Part shown: in pieces, positions 47,067 through 61,176 of the stretch
Position numbering within the stretch: position 1 is the first letter of the stretch
Layout of the letters: each line of letters opens with the position of its first letter
DNA from: Squalus acanthias
Taxonomy: Eukaryota
Direction: 5' to 3'
Length of the DNA stretch: 64,000 nt
Assembly: GCA_030390025.1 (NCBI GenBank)
Contig: CM059433.1
Coordinates: 21,516,001-21,580,000 of the forward strand
The notes under the pieces: model-generated
Seen by the model: the letters and a program-made list of their open reading frames with translations, nothing else
Told to the model about the DNA's origin: nothing
Database searches by the model: none
Made by a program: the position numbers and the translations under genes

Positions 47067-48169
47067 GTAAGAATCTTTAAGTTTAAATTTTTGTCTCTTC
47101 TTGTCATTTCACTTTAATGCTTTTTGAACCTTTCAAAGATGACTCCTCCAGGAACATTTCATCTGTCATATTTTTGATTAATCAAATACATTGGAGACAC
47201 CTTAAGATTAATAATTGTTTGCTAGAATAATTCTAAAGGGGAAGGGGCGTTCATGGATGCACGTTCTGGTCAAAGTGCTATATTAATTACTTAAAACCAC
47301 TCATAAAGAAACATGTTACATTTAAATGGCTGGTGAGACCCATCACTTCAGGCTTCCTTCCCTCCACAGCAGCTGAGATGATGACACTAACAGAGACAGC
47401 TGCTACATATGTTCCAAAGTGGCAGCCTTCACTTTAATGGAGCTTAAATTTTGATTTGGTCTCGGAGCTACCCAACTTCAGAAAACGTGTCACTGGCTAG
47501 GTACTGCTGCATACTCGGCCGGGCAGGTTCCAAGGCTGAATCAACTTATTTCTCTTCCTCCATTTTGACCACGTTTTGCAATTATAAATTGCATATTAGT
47601 TTGTTACTAAGGAGCAACCATAGCTGAGATTTTCCAGGCCAAAAGCCAACGCAGTTCAATGCTTTTGAGAGGAGATTTTAGGACTAGGTTGGTGAAGCAG
47701 TCCTGGCCCATATCTGGATGCTATGCTCTTTTCTTCATTATTTCAGCTTATGCTAATGCCAAGCTAGCTTCAAGACGTCACCATGATCTAATCCAAAATG
47801 GACTCCACTACATGGCTAAATTTGAAATGTTTTTTTAGGTGAAATTAATTAGGAAAATTTACAAAAACATAATTAAAATAAAGAAGATTGTTTTTATGAA
47901 CTAGGGTTTTGTGCGAATTAGTAAGAGGCACTCCTGCTTTATACATATTTGAAAAGGATTAATAAACACTGGCATTGAGTGGCAACGTAATAACTTCCTT
48001 TTAAAGGAATTACCTTTCATTGTTATGTTAAACATTTTATGATGGTTTACTGTGATAAGGTCAAATTTCATCAATTCTGTTTCCTGTTAACACACTCATG
48101 CACTATAGTGTTATTAATTTCAAACTTTCATGATACAGTACATTAAAAACACCCAGAGAAGTTAACAGC

Positions 48170-48500
48170 ACAGGAGGCCATTCAACCCATCTGTGCCACC
48201 TCTTTGCTCAAACAATTCAAAACTAATCCCATTGCTCTGCACTCTCCCCATAGCCTTGTATATTTCTCTGCTTCAAATATTTATCCAATTTCCCCTTAAA
48301 AGTTGCAATGGTCTCTGCCTCAATCTGTCCCTGTGACGTTCTATGCTCTAACAGCTCTATGTAAAGAAATTTCTCCTACTCATTCCCCTTACTCTCTTTG
48401 TCATCATTTTAAATTGACCTATGGCCACTGCCTCCTCAACCAGAGGAAATAATCTTTCCGTGTTCACTTTATCAAAACACTTGAAAATTTTAAAGACAAC
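48170..48500 (-). mobile_element. Old CR1 3' fragment
   Basis: acagcacaggaggccattcaaccc...caaatatttatccaattt, like the other antisense CR1 tails. Confidence 0.65.
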
Positions 48501-48707
48501 CTTTATCGCTGTGGATCAGAGCGTGCCTTCTACTGACAGAGTTGCATTTTTTATTTGCTCCACGTGAGCTGCACTTCAAAAATGTCAAAAGTTCACATCT
48601 TCAAACTAAAATATTTCCTTATCTATGGGATAAAAGTTTTTGAATTGCTCGTAAAAATTTGGTTTGTTTGCCGAACTGTAGTCATGAACTGCCACACACT
48701 GAACATT

Positions 48708-49452
48708 GGCCCGTATTTTCCGATCGGAGGCTTCCCGCGTGCAGAGGCCTCCGATCTGGAAAAAATCTACGGACTTACCTGAGGGCTCCCGAGGTCCGGC
48801 CACTTCCACTCCTGGGCCTCTCCAACTCGAAATGCGCAGGGCCCACGAATCCCAGAGGCGCAGGCGGTTCGCAAGCGTCCCTGGGATCACGTGGGCCATG
48901 GGGAGCCAATAGGAGAAGGGAATCTCCCTTCATACACTTGACAGATAGACCTGTCAAATATATGAATGGAGATCACCCCAAAAACACTGTAAAACATTAA
49001 ATACATTTTTTTTAAATCACATTTTTAAAATGAGTTGAAATTACAATAAATTAAATATTTTAAATAATTAAAAAAAATAATTAAAGTTTATAACGGGGCT
49101 AAAAATAAACTTTCCATTTTTTAAAGTATTTTTAAATGATAAATGAGTGAAAACATTTTTTTTTACTTTTTTCAACTCTTATGCTGGTAAAAGTAGGCCT
49201 TACACCTGCTTTTACCAGGCGTAAGATTTCTAAAGGTTTTCTGCGGGCGGAGGTTCTCCAGAAAACGGAACGCTCCGCCCGCAGAGGCCCTTCTCCAGGG
49301 CAGGCGTCCGATCTGTCAAGAGCATTCTTGACAGATCAGAAATACCGGTTTTCAGCGCATGCACTTGGCATGCCTGAAACCGGCATTTCCGATGTCCCTA
49401 CGGGTGTGTACACAGCCCGTACACACCCGTAGGCATCGGAAAAATACGGCCC
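48708..49452. mobile_element. Harbinger-type MITE with an AT-rich core
   Basis: TIR ggcccgtattttccgat / atcggaaaaatacggccc; flanks ATT/GTT. Confidence 0.82.
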
Positions 49453-49672
49453 GTTATAACAGTGCAGCGATATATGAAAAGAATATTAAATATATTTAGT
49501 TATTAATTTAAAGATTCAACCTCTATGGACCAATGAGTGTGATGCCTCTTTAAAGGATTAAGAGTCCTCTTTTTTCTTCCAGCCTGCTGCTTTTGGTATT
49601 CCTTGCAGAAAGTAATTGATATGTGTAATATGTAACTCTTTGCATTCATTGGATTAGTGATTTATACTGTGA

Positions 49673-50089
<417 letters not shown>

Positions 50090-50399
50090 TAATAAATTTC
50101 AAGTGTGAAAAATGAACGCCTGATAGGTTGCGTAGGGGAGGTGCATGTTACACCACCAATGCCTAGCACTGCGGGGTGGATTGTTGTAGGGTTGAACTCC
50201 CACTTCATTTACATTCCAATCCCAGCTATTGTTGTGTATGGAAGTGCCAAGCAGATGGCAGCCATTTCTCCACTGTGGTGAAGGTAAATTGAATGGTTGG
50301 CTCCACAGGACCACTCTCGCATGTCTGCTGGAAACCATTAAAGAGCAACATTGGTGGTAAACTTGCAAGAGGCTGTTCTCTCAGTCTTGGAAAATGTGT

Positions 50400-50705
50400 T
50401 TCTTTTTAATTCATTCTGGGGATATGAGGGTCGCTCATAAGGCCAGCATTTATTGCTCATCCCTCGCTGCCCTTGAGAAGGTGTGAGCCGCCTTCTTGAA
50501 CCACTGCAGTCCATGTGGTGAAGCTACTTCCACAGTGTTGTTAGGTAGAGAGTTCCAGGACTTTGACCCAGTGACAATGAAGGAACAATGATACATTTCC
50601 AAGTCGGGATGGTGTGTGACTTGGAGGCGTACTTGGAAGTGATGGTGTTTCCATGCACCTGCTGCCCTTGTTCTTCTAAGTGGTGGAGGTCACGGGTTTG
50701 AGAGA
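50400..50705 (-). mobile_element. LINE family C 3' fragment
   Basis: Homologous to 22553-22860. Confidence 0.8.
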
Positions 50706-52907
50706 TGTTGTCGAAGAAATTAAGCCGGAGTGCTATCATCAAAGGGTTATGAAAGAAAAACTTGAAAGAAAACCAATCGAGATTGAGAAATGAAGGCTCC
50801 TTTATCTGCCAACCCATAGAATTGTAAATGCAAATCCTAGTCACTCTAGATATGGGAATTCTGGAAAATAGTCACCAAAATAATTGTTAAAATATATCAA
50901 CAAAATGTTCCCTGTTATATAGTCACATCTTTTTGCTAAAATTAGTGAAGGTAAGAACATATGGTTCATGAATGTCATCTGACATCTCAATTCTCCTGCT
51001 TATTAAATTCCATAATTTAACTGCATTCACTGTTGTTCTTTATGAAAAGGACAGGGATGGAGAATACAGTAAATAAGAAATTCATTCAAATAATTTTTTT
51101 AGCCCACATTTATCGTCTTTTTGTGGGTAGAATAATTTGGATCATTTGACTTCTTGGTAATCGGCTCGCCATATCAGCTGACAGGAGGAGGCATGATTCA
51201 TGAGATGGGATCAATCTCCCAGCTAGTTTTCCCACGCTCCCAAGTGTGAAGCATTTTGCCACCACAGAGACTCCACCAAGCGACCCAGCGACCTGACCAA
51301 GAATTACTGAAACTTGCCCTCAGAGAAAGCAGGAGAGTTGAAATGACAGTCAAAGCTGGGTTTCAGACCCAAGACTTTTGAACACAATCTTCCTCTGCTA
51401 GTCCAACTGGGATGCCTCAAATAATCAAACACTTTTATTGCTAAAATAACTCGTTATAGCTTAAAGAAAATAGCGCTGCTGAATCGCTCACTCTTGTGCA
51501 GATTGTAAAACTCAAGATTGCCACACTTCTACTGAAATACCAATAAGATTATTGAGTGATCAATTTCTAGTGCATTACAAGAATTGAGAAATCAGCCAGC
51601 CAGTAAATATCCATATACTAAAACTCATTGAGAGAAAGTCTGCACAGAAAAAAAAGATAAACCTGCTTTTCAAAGAAATAAAAATAACACTTGAGGTAAT
51701 TACTTAAAACAAATATGACTTATTCTGGCAGGAGTCCAACCAGTTCCAATTTCCCTTTAGTTATAAATATATTGCTATAAACACTACAAGTGATTTAAGT
51801 GAGATGGTGTGTAATGGAATGGGTAATTATAGGAATCTGTGCTTGTGTAGGAATAATGGACTGGTGAATCTGGGTGAAGGGCCAAGATCCATAATGCAGG
51901 GCACCAAGGTTGAAAAGAGTAAGAGAGAAGATAAGTGAAGAAGTAATGGCGAATTGACATCAAGCTTGGCTTTTAAAAAGGAGGAAGAGAAGGCTGAGGG
52001 AGGGAAGTAGTTCCTACACATTGTTGTCCCTGGAGAAGATTAAATTTGAGTAGGAGATGGTGCAGCGTCTGAATTTCAACACCAGGTAGATGTCATTTAA
52101 TCAGGGTGGCACTTTACACAAAAGGAAGGTTCTACACATTAGCTTTGCACAAATGTGAATAAAAAAATTAAGGGGGAGGGAATAGGTAATTATTCTTTGC
52201 TGTGCGCTGTAGCACAGTTGAGGTCATGACCTCAGCGAGTGAGGTCACAGTGCAGTGTGCCAAGCTCCAATGTACTATACCACCGTACTTCCCAACTTTT
52301 GAATTTTTGTCATTGCTTACTTTATGAAAATAACGATCACACAAAAGTAACCACACATTCCCCCTCCCTATTTTTAATTCAATATTGTGCAAAGCTAATG
52401 TATAGAACCTCCATTAGATGCAAAGTTACCACTGGGTTCAATTTCACCAGCTCCTACTCAAGCATATTCTTTCCCAAGATCTCAAAAGTGCGGAACTTCT
52501 TACCTCCCTCAGTCTTCCTTTGCCCCTACAACCTGCAGACTTTTAAAACCCAAGTGAGATGTCAGCTAACTATTACATTTTGATTTGTCTTCTCCCCTCG
52601 TAGGAGAGAGGGAAAATCACAAGGGAATTGCATCAGGCGTCCCTCACACACCTTCTAGTATTTAGTGTCAGAACAGCACTGGGGGAGGTGACCCATCTGA
52701 CCTCCCAGCCAGTGAAAGTGTGTGATGTAGAATCTTTTATGACTGTCCTAATTCCTTTATCATTGTGAATATCTGTTTTTTGTCTGTAAATTGTTATTAA
52801 TTTACTAATTTTGCTACATATTCTGTTGTATTTGATCTGGGCTTTTTTGTATTTCTTAAAAGAATGTTGCACGAGTGTTAAACATCGTCATTTAAACCCT
52901 AAAAGTG

Positions 52908-53070
52908 AGGGACTGGGTGATGCAGTGAGTTAGAGAGTAACCTTTTGCCTCTGATGACATGAAGGGTTCCCCTGTCTGTTGGCTGTAAGGGCTCTCCACG
53001 AATGGAGTGTTGGGAACTCTCAGTAGGCCCACAACACAAAACTGCCCCTAATTTGGCACTAAAATGCCAA
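52908..53070 (+). mobile_element. Possible LF-SINE-like ancient SINE remnant
   Basis: The start ggggactgggtgatgcagtgagtt and the internal aatttggcactaa resemble the recalled LF-SINE consensus. Confidence 0.4.
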
Positions 53071-53144
53071 TGTTACTTAAGTATGCTTAATGTTATACTG
53101 AAGAGTGTTCCGCTCCCCAGTACTGATATTCTTCACTTTAATCA

Positions 53145-53247
53145 GAAAGAAAAGAAAGACTTGCATTTATATAACGCCTTTTATGACCACCGGACGTCCC
53201 AAAGTGCTTTACAGCCAATGAAGTACTTTTTGAAGTGTAGTCACTGT
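53145..53247 (-). mobile_element. DeuSINE/SacSINE1-like 3' tail
   Basis: aagaaagacttgcatttatataacgcc...gaagtgtagtcactgtt. Confidence 0.8.
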
Positions 53248-53461
53248 TCAGCACAAAGTTCACACAAAGAAAACCCATAAAGAACCCCTTCCATAAAGAG
53301 GCTAGTGCTGCCAAAATCTTGTGCATTGGCAACTAGAGTGAAATCAAAAACATATATGTGATGCATAATGGTGAAAGGGGTAAGAGCCAAAAAGAATTCT
53401 TTACAAATTGTTTCTGAGTCATTTTCAAACAGTAAGAGTATTCTTTTTATATTATTCTTAA

Positions 53462-53893
<432 letters not shown>

Positions 53894-54339
53894 TAAAATG
53901 ACTAACCACTTAAGGGGATATTTGAACTATCGGACAGTCAGCTGGTAGAACATGAGGGCCGGCTGCCCAAACCCCCTGGCAGGAGTCATTTTGAGGGCGG
54001 GATGTCATTAAATGCTGTTGGCGAGCTGCATACCCTTAACGGGCAACCTGCTGCAACTTACTAACTCAAGGCCAATGCAATATTGTATGGCCCAGAGGTT
54101 GACCCAGGCGCCAGGGAGATAAGTGGGGAGGGTGAAGGGAAAGATGCTTGTGGTGGCAATGGTCCACATTATTCTTGAAAGCTCAAGAGAAGAATTCCTG
54201 TTCCTCCTGGGCCCATAAAAATAATGTTAGACTTACCTTTTTGGGGCCTTTTCCTCTTGACCATCGGGTTTTACTGAGCATGCTCCACCCAGCCGACCAG
54301 CTGAATTGCATTGAGGTCCTATGTATGTCATATTCCCTT

Positions 54340-55040
54340 TAGTCTCATTGCTTGGCCTTTTCTCCATACAAATATAGATTTATTTCAAATATATAACCTC
54401 TTTCCCGTTAAAAACTACTTTGGATTCTGCTTCCACCACTCTTTCTGGTAGGACATTCCATGTCCTAACAACCCTCTGTGTGTAAAAAAAAAAAATTTTC
54501 TAACCTCTGCTTTTGTTTTTTTTTGATGATGATCTGAAGGTGATAACTTTTAGTTACTGAATCATTGCCCAATGGAAATAGTTGTTCTTACTTACATTAT
54601 CAAAACCCCTCGATCAGATCCGCATTTAAACTTCACTTTTCTAATGAAAAGAGCCCCAGTTACTTTAGTGTCTCCTCCATAACTAAAAGCTCTGATCTCT
54701 GCTATAACCTTAGTAAGTCTGTATCCTGTCCATCATTTTATTATCCTTCCTAAAGTAGGGTGCCCAAAACTGGACACAATATTCTAGTCGCTGCCTAACC
54801 AATGACTTATATAGGTTTAGTATTAGCTCTACTTTTGTACTCCCTGCCCCAGTTTATAAAATCTCGGATCCCATTTGCTTTTTTGCAGCTTTATTAATTG
54901 TCTTCCCATTTCTAAAGATTTATCTATATGATAAGTGTTTCTGCTCTTCTATTCTTTCTACAGTTTCACCTTTTCGTGTGCATTTCCTCATTCTTTCTCC
55001 CAAAATGTATCGCCTCATTTATTTTTGCTACATTATATTT
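54340..55040 (-). mobile_element. Old CR1 fragment
   Basis: gtgcccaaaactggacacaatattctag, the reverse complement of [10 protein letters not shown]. Confidence 0.65.
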
Positions 55041-55267
55041 CATCTAACTGTCCAGCTACCCAATCGACTAACCTACACATGTTCTCAAATCACTTGTGAT
55101 CCTCGGCACAGCCAACCATGCTCCAGATCATACATACAGCAATGGTCTGAAGACTGACTCCTGGGGACACAATTGTTTAGATCCCTCTGATCTGAAAAAA
55201 CTCCTTGACCACTACTCGCCCTTCAGCCAATTTCCTATTCATGCCGCCACATTCCCTTTAATTCAAT

Positions 55268-55746
55268 CGGGTCTATTTTGACATTTGGGCCACTGCCTAG
55301 TGGAGTGCGCTGGTCAGCCATCCGTTCCGGCAGCAAAGAGGCCCTAACATCATTTAAATTTGGCAGGCAAGGTGCGGGGTGCCAAATAGGTGCTTGTCGG
55401 ATTGGGGACTCAAAATCGGGCTGCAGTAGCTGGCAGCAAGGTAAGTTTCGAGAGGGGGGGTCACGATCTTAGAAGGTGGGGGTCCCGGGGCAGCAGCAGC
55501 CCAGATTATTTTTGTGGGCCTCGGAGGAGTGGTCCTTGTCCTTTGGGGCCCACGAAAATAATTCAACACTTACTTTTAGCGGGCCTCTTCGGTTCCATCG
55601 CTGGTGGAACTGGTCGGAGTATGCACGGCGCAGGCTTGTACCGTGTTAAAATTGGACTATCGCCTGAAACAGGCGGGCCCTTTGCACACCCGGTGGTAGA
55701 CCCCTATAAAATTGGAGCCGGTGTTCACAGGTTCGATTTTTGTCCC
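55268..55746. mobile_element. Degenerate Harbinger-type MITE
   Basis: GC-rich; internal architecture (aggtaag, cctccttgggccc-like, acttac) similar to 17604-18187 and 53915-54340. Boundaries are approximate. Confidence 0.5.
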
Positions 55747-55976
55747 TCCTTACCTGTGAGAAAACCTCTTTAGCTTACATTGCTCCTTCGTTTGTTGAGC
55801 TTGGGTGCGATCAGGGAAACTCACCATATGAGAAATCACTGGCATGCTGTGGCACACTGCATCAGCATAATAACCAACCACCTTGGCTTGACCTGTGTTG
55901 CCTGCAATGTACTTATTGATTCATTGAGAACTCTTTTACTGCTGTGAAGTTTTTAGAAATAGCAGAATATACATTG

Positions 55977-56231
55977 CGGGCGATTTCGATCCTACTCGCT
56001 CAGTAGGAAACATGGCGGGTGGGCGGTTAACATCGCCCTGGCTCTTACCTGTCCGAAAGCCGCCAAGATTGCAACGTCTGCGATTTTGACCTGCTCTCCT
56101 GAGCAGGCAGCAAGAACCCGTGGCCGGAGCCAACAGGGTCCTTCTTTACATATGCATGTTGCGGTCCAATGACATCATCGACACCCAGCTGTAATTTTAC
56201 TGGGAATCCACCTGGAGTTAAAATCGGGGCC
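55977..56231. mobile_element. Short Harbinger-type MITE about 90 nt upstream of a CSMD1 acceptor
   Basis: gggcgatttcgat ... gttaaaatcggggcc; internal tgacatca motif. Confidence 0.6.
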
Positions 56232-56289
56232 AATGTTTCTGTTACGTGAAATATTTGATTGCTTGAAGAATGAAGTTGTTTGTACTTAA

Positions 56290-56493
<204 letters not shown>

Positions 56494-57034
56494 TAAATTG
56501 ACCTTTAATCCTTTTATCATTATCTGTCTCAAAATATGCATTTTCTTATTAATACCAGAAGCAGGATTAAATTGCAAATGTTGAAAAATGGATCTCAAAT
56601 ATATTTGTCCAATAGTTCAATAGACAGCTAACACTCTCATTTTACATTATAGCAAGGTTTCAAGGAATCAAATTTTGACAGCCTGTTAATATAATGGAAA
56701 AAAGTACTGTAATCCTGATGTTCTGCCACTAAGTATTACGAGCACAATTATAGATAGCATAGAACTGTAGAATATTACAGCATAGAGACAAGCCATTTGG
56801 TCCATCGTTTGTAATTCTTTTAAATTCTTCGTGAGGGATCTAGTCTAAATTCCACTTTTCTGCCCACTCCCCATACCTCTTAATATTCCTTTTTATCAAG
56901 AAATGATTTAATTCCATTTTAAAATAATTGATGGACTCTACTTCAACAATGGTTTGTGTCAGAGAATTCCCCATTATAACCATCCTCATATATCCTGTTT
57001 GTTAATCATGTTATAGGTATCTCAAAGAATCATT

Positions 57035-57878
57035 GGGCTGGAGTTTGATACTGGGGACGTGATGGAGGCGGGACTCCCACTTTTTGGGTTGTAGTCCCGC
57101 CTCCATCGACTTGTGGCCAACCCACTGCATTTTCACTTGATTGACCTTGTTGAGCCCGCCCAGCGAGCTCAGCAGGCCAATTAAGGGCCACCCAGCAACA
57201 GGTGACATCACAGATTGACATTTCATCTGTCAAGAGCTTTTGACAGATGAAATATCAGCGTTTGACAGCTCTGTGAAGCTGTCAAACACTGACAATCTGT
57301 CTTCTAACTTGAGTCCTTCCTCTCAGGCTGAGTTAGAAATCATTCCAGCACAGAAAACAGAGGCTGCAGTTTTTGACAGCACCACGGCCATTCTGCTTTC
57401 TGTGCCAGTGAGATTTCTGACTCCCGAGACCTGAAGGGCTGACACCTGCAGGAGGAGGTTAAGGTAAGTAAAACTTTTTCCCACACTTTACACTTACCTT
57501 ACACACTTACCTCTGCACACATGCACCCATCACTCACCTGCCCACCGGACATATCGACCCCTCCAACCCCTGCAGACCCACGGTCCGCCTCGCTAACTTG
57601 CCGTGGTTGGGACCTGTCGGGAAGCCCACATTTCACGAATCAAAATAGGGATTAGGCAAAAAACTGCCTGTTAACTACCTGTTAACAGGCAGTTTATTGC
57701 CACTAATCCCCTTCCCGCCTCGGGGAGGTGGGTCCCAGCACAGGTCGGGTACCCGCCTCCAGCAAAACTGGCATGGAGGCGGGTTGGGGGCGGGATGGGT
57801 TCGGGACCCCCGAATCTGCAACTTTAACCCCCCACACGCCTCCAAACCCGCCTCCATGGGTCAATGAAAATCCAGCCC
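57035..57878. mobile_element. Harbinger-type MITE
   Basis: gggctggagtttg ... gaaaatccagccc; flanks ATT/CTT; shares blocks with the 28647 and 36907 elements. Confidence 0.82.
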
Positions 57879-58289
57879 CTTGAATCCACCTTTGGGCTGC
57901 TGGAAGTTCAATATTGGAATTTGAATCGACTTCCAGAATTTAACAGTAATGGAATTCCAGTCTCTCTTGAAATAAACTAAGACTTGCAAATCACAGAAAT
58001 GTTCCTGCGGTTTGTCTTAAGTGTAAATCAGCAGAGAGTGCAAGTATATTCTGGAAACTGGGAGAAAAAGGCAGCTGAAGTTAAATGTGAAAACCACCTT
58101 TAAAGAGGAAGTTCATTTCACAGAATTGACTCATAATCCTTCAATGTTGTAAACATAGACATCTCTATGGCATCTAGGCCTAGAAATTCGTCTCGGGCGG
58201 TGGGGCAAAACGAGCGGTATAGGATCGGCCGCCGGTCATACGCAGGAACTGAATGTCAGGTGCTGCATATAACAGGCGGCCGTAGAATT

Positions 58290-58740
58290 CTCCTACAAGA
58301 CCATGACATGAATGGAATGTTGCCATCAGCTGATTGTTCCTATTCAGAGAACCTTAGACATTTAACAAAAGGAGACCACTTAGCTTCCTAATCTTCTTTT
58401 CCTTACCCTGTCTAGCACTTGGTGCAGAAAAGAATCAGAAATTACCATTTTGAGGACATGTTTTTCAATCTAGAGCGTAATTCCTTGAAATCCCTTTTCC
58501 AAACCTCAATTGTTCCAACATGGACCATGGCTTTTGGCTGCCCTCCCTCCCTTCTCGCAAGTTCTGCGATGTCCTTCACCCTTTCATCACAGAGGCACCG
58601 TAATATTCACAACTACAAAAAAAGGTTGTCTGTAACCCTGACTTTAGAATCTCCCACGACGACCTGTCTCTCACCCCTCTCGGTGGTCCCTATTCCATGG
58701 TACAGTACCACAATGTTGCTCAGGACAACCCTCCTCTGAG
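58290..58740 (-). pseudogene. CR1 ORF1 esterase (SGNH) domain remnant
   Basis: The minus strand reads RQVVVGDSKVRVTD (GDS motif) and PKAMVHVGTIEV (HVGTND-like motif). Confidence 0.6.
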
Positions 58741-59715
58741 TCACTGTCACTGTCCACCTCTCACTTGTCCAACTCTATGAGGTAGATTTCCAACTTTCAC
58801 TTACACCCAGGGGAGAAAAGTGTTTCATCCCAGTTAACTGGAATAAATTTAAACCCAAATCTCAGAAATCCGAGTTCAGTGTGTTAATCCACTGTGTCAT
58901 TCAAATCAAGTTCTCTTTCCCACATAAGAAGATTCTTCGTGGGACTTTTTCTTGGAAAGGTTTGTGTGGCTCCCTTTGAACTGCGGCATCTTATGGATCC
59001 AGCATGTAACTTGTGTAGTCAGGACACTTCAGTGCATTTATGTACTTACTTATGTGAAATTTGTCAAATATTTCTAGCTATCATACAAGATATAATATGA
59101 AAAAATACACAATAGGACTGAGTTATATACTATAAAGTATATACTGGTAAATCAAACATGCAAAACTCACTTGCCCTTCAGACTGCTGAGACCCAATGGT
59201 TTATTATTCAGCAAAACACCCAGTCCTTTTGTGAATTCTCGGTATCAGCCATATTTGCTTAAACTGTGGTTATTTTACTAAGATGTGGGCACTTAAATAT
59301 GTACTTCATTAGTCATTATTAATGTTGATCTAACTTAAACAAAATGCACAGAAAATTGGTGTACCTTCTACAAATTTCTTTTTTATGCCAATTTCAAATA
59401 ATTATTCAATGTTAGAAATGTCAGCACTCCCTTTGATGGCTCAGTTGCCAAATGCTGGGCCTGGTGTGCTACCGAGTCTTATGAATCAGGAAAGGTATAG
59501 GTTTGATCCCTGATCTGTGCTGTCTTAGCTCAGACATTGGTATTGCTAAAATGTTGTCTCTGCCCATGTGCTAAGGATGTTGGGTAAGGCCACTTAGATG
59601 AGGTAATGGAGGGCTGCTTTTGCATGTGGAGCTGTACTCTTGCATGAGTCAGTGCCTTCAGGAGAGAAGGAGACAAAAGCAACAATGCACGAAGCAGTGC
59701 ATGCTGTTGACTGAA

Positions 59716-61176
59716 GACATAAGAACTTAAGAACATAAGAAACAGGAGCAGGAGTAGGCCAATCGGCCTCTCGAGCCTGCTCCGCCATTCAATAAGATCA
59801 TGGCTGATCCAATCTTGGCCTCAACACCACTTTCCCACTCTCTCCCCATACCCCTTGACTCCCTTGTAGTTCAAATGTCTGTCAACCTCCGCCTTGAATA
59901 TATTCAATGACTCCGCCTCCACAGCTCTCTGGGGTAGAGAATTCCAAAGATTCACGACCCTCTGAGAGAAGAAATTCCTCCTCATCTCCGTCTTAAATGG
60001 GCGACCCCTTATTCTGAAACTATGCCCCCTAGTTCTAGATTCCCCCACTAGGGGAAACATCCTCTCAGCATCCACCCTGTCAATCCCCCTCAGAATCTTA
60101 TATGTTTCAATAAGATCACCTCTCATTCTTCTGAACACCAATGAGTATAGGCCCAACCTGCTCAACCATTCGTCCTACGTCAACCCCTTCATCCCAGGAA
60201 TCAACCTAGTGAACCTTCTCTGCACTGCCTCCAATGCAAGTATATCCTTCCTTAAATATGGAGACCAAGTTGGTTGCACCTCCCGTTAGCGCCTTAAGAG
60301 GGCGCAAATGGGGCACAAAGCAACTAGCGCCCGGGCGCAGCGATGTTTGCGCCGCTCGCGAAATTAACTAGACATTTTGCGGCGGCGCTAAACACTACCG
60401 CCACGATCTGCTGCGCCGGCAGATCGTGATGTCAGTCGAGTGCGCAACGCCCCAGTAGCGCCCCGGAACGGATATTAAGTGGCGCCCCCTGCCTTACCGC
60501 CTGCCGCTAGCAACGACAGGTTGAGGGGAGCGCTTTGCAGTCAGGAAGGGACTGGGGGAGTGCTATTTAAAGGCGACCGCTTCCTGCCTTTTATTGTTGG
60601 CGACATTTTTGAACCACGCATTCTGAGAGAGAGAGAGAGAGAGGGAGACTTCTGGAGAGATTCAACGCTGTGTGAAGGAGTTTTGGGTACTGAGCAGCAC
60701 TTTGCAGGTTCATTTTGATTTGCCCTTCCTTGTATCGATTTAAAAGAGATTGTGGGGGCTGCACTCTGAGCTCTTTCCCTGGTCCTCTCCATTGTTCTTT
60801 CCAGCAGATTTGATGTACAGGTCTCTCCAGGCCGAGATTCAAGGCTGCAATGAGCAGGATGTGGATGGAAAGCAAGATCAACCCTCCTCTTTAAGAACTG
60901 GCCGGGGCCATTGTGTCTGTGTTCCATTGCTGACTGACATCACATGAGCTTCGCCAGCGCTCTGAGGTAGCGCCTTGCTCCTCGGCCTTTGCGCCTTAAG
61001 ACAGATGTGTAGCGCCTGATTTAGCGCTCCAATCACCTCCAGGGGCGATAAAAGTCAAGTTTGCAGTCGGAGGTGATAATTAGCGCCAGGCGCTAATCTT
61101 TGCGCCCGGCCAATAATTGCGCCCCAAACGGGGCGATACTGAATTTTTCCCCCCAAAGCTGTACGAAGTACTCCAG
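59716..61176 (-). mobile_element. CR1/HER1 LINE 3' fragment split by MITE family A
   Basis: ORF 59821-60165 LYSLVFRRMRGDLIETYKI; CR1 resumes briefly at 61156 (caaagctgtacgaagtactccag). Confidence 0.9.
60270..61153 (-). mobile_element. Harbinger-type MITE family A, copy 2 (one TIR partly deleted), TSD CAA
   Basis: Reverse-complement homologue of 16627-17519; ends gaatttttccccc|CAA. Confidence 0.9.
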
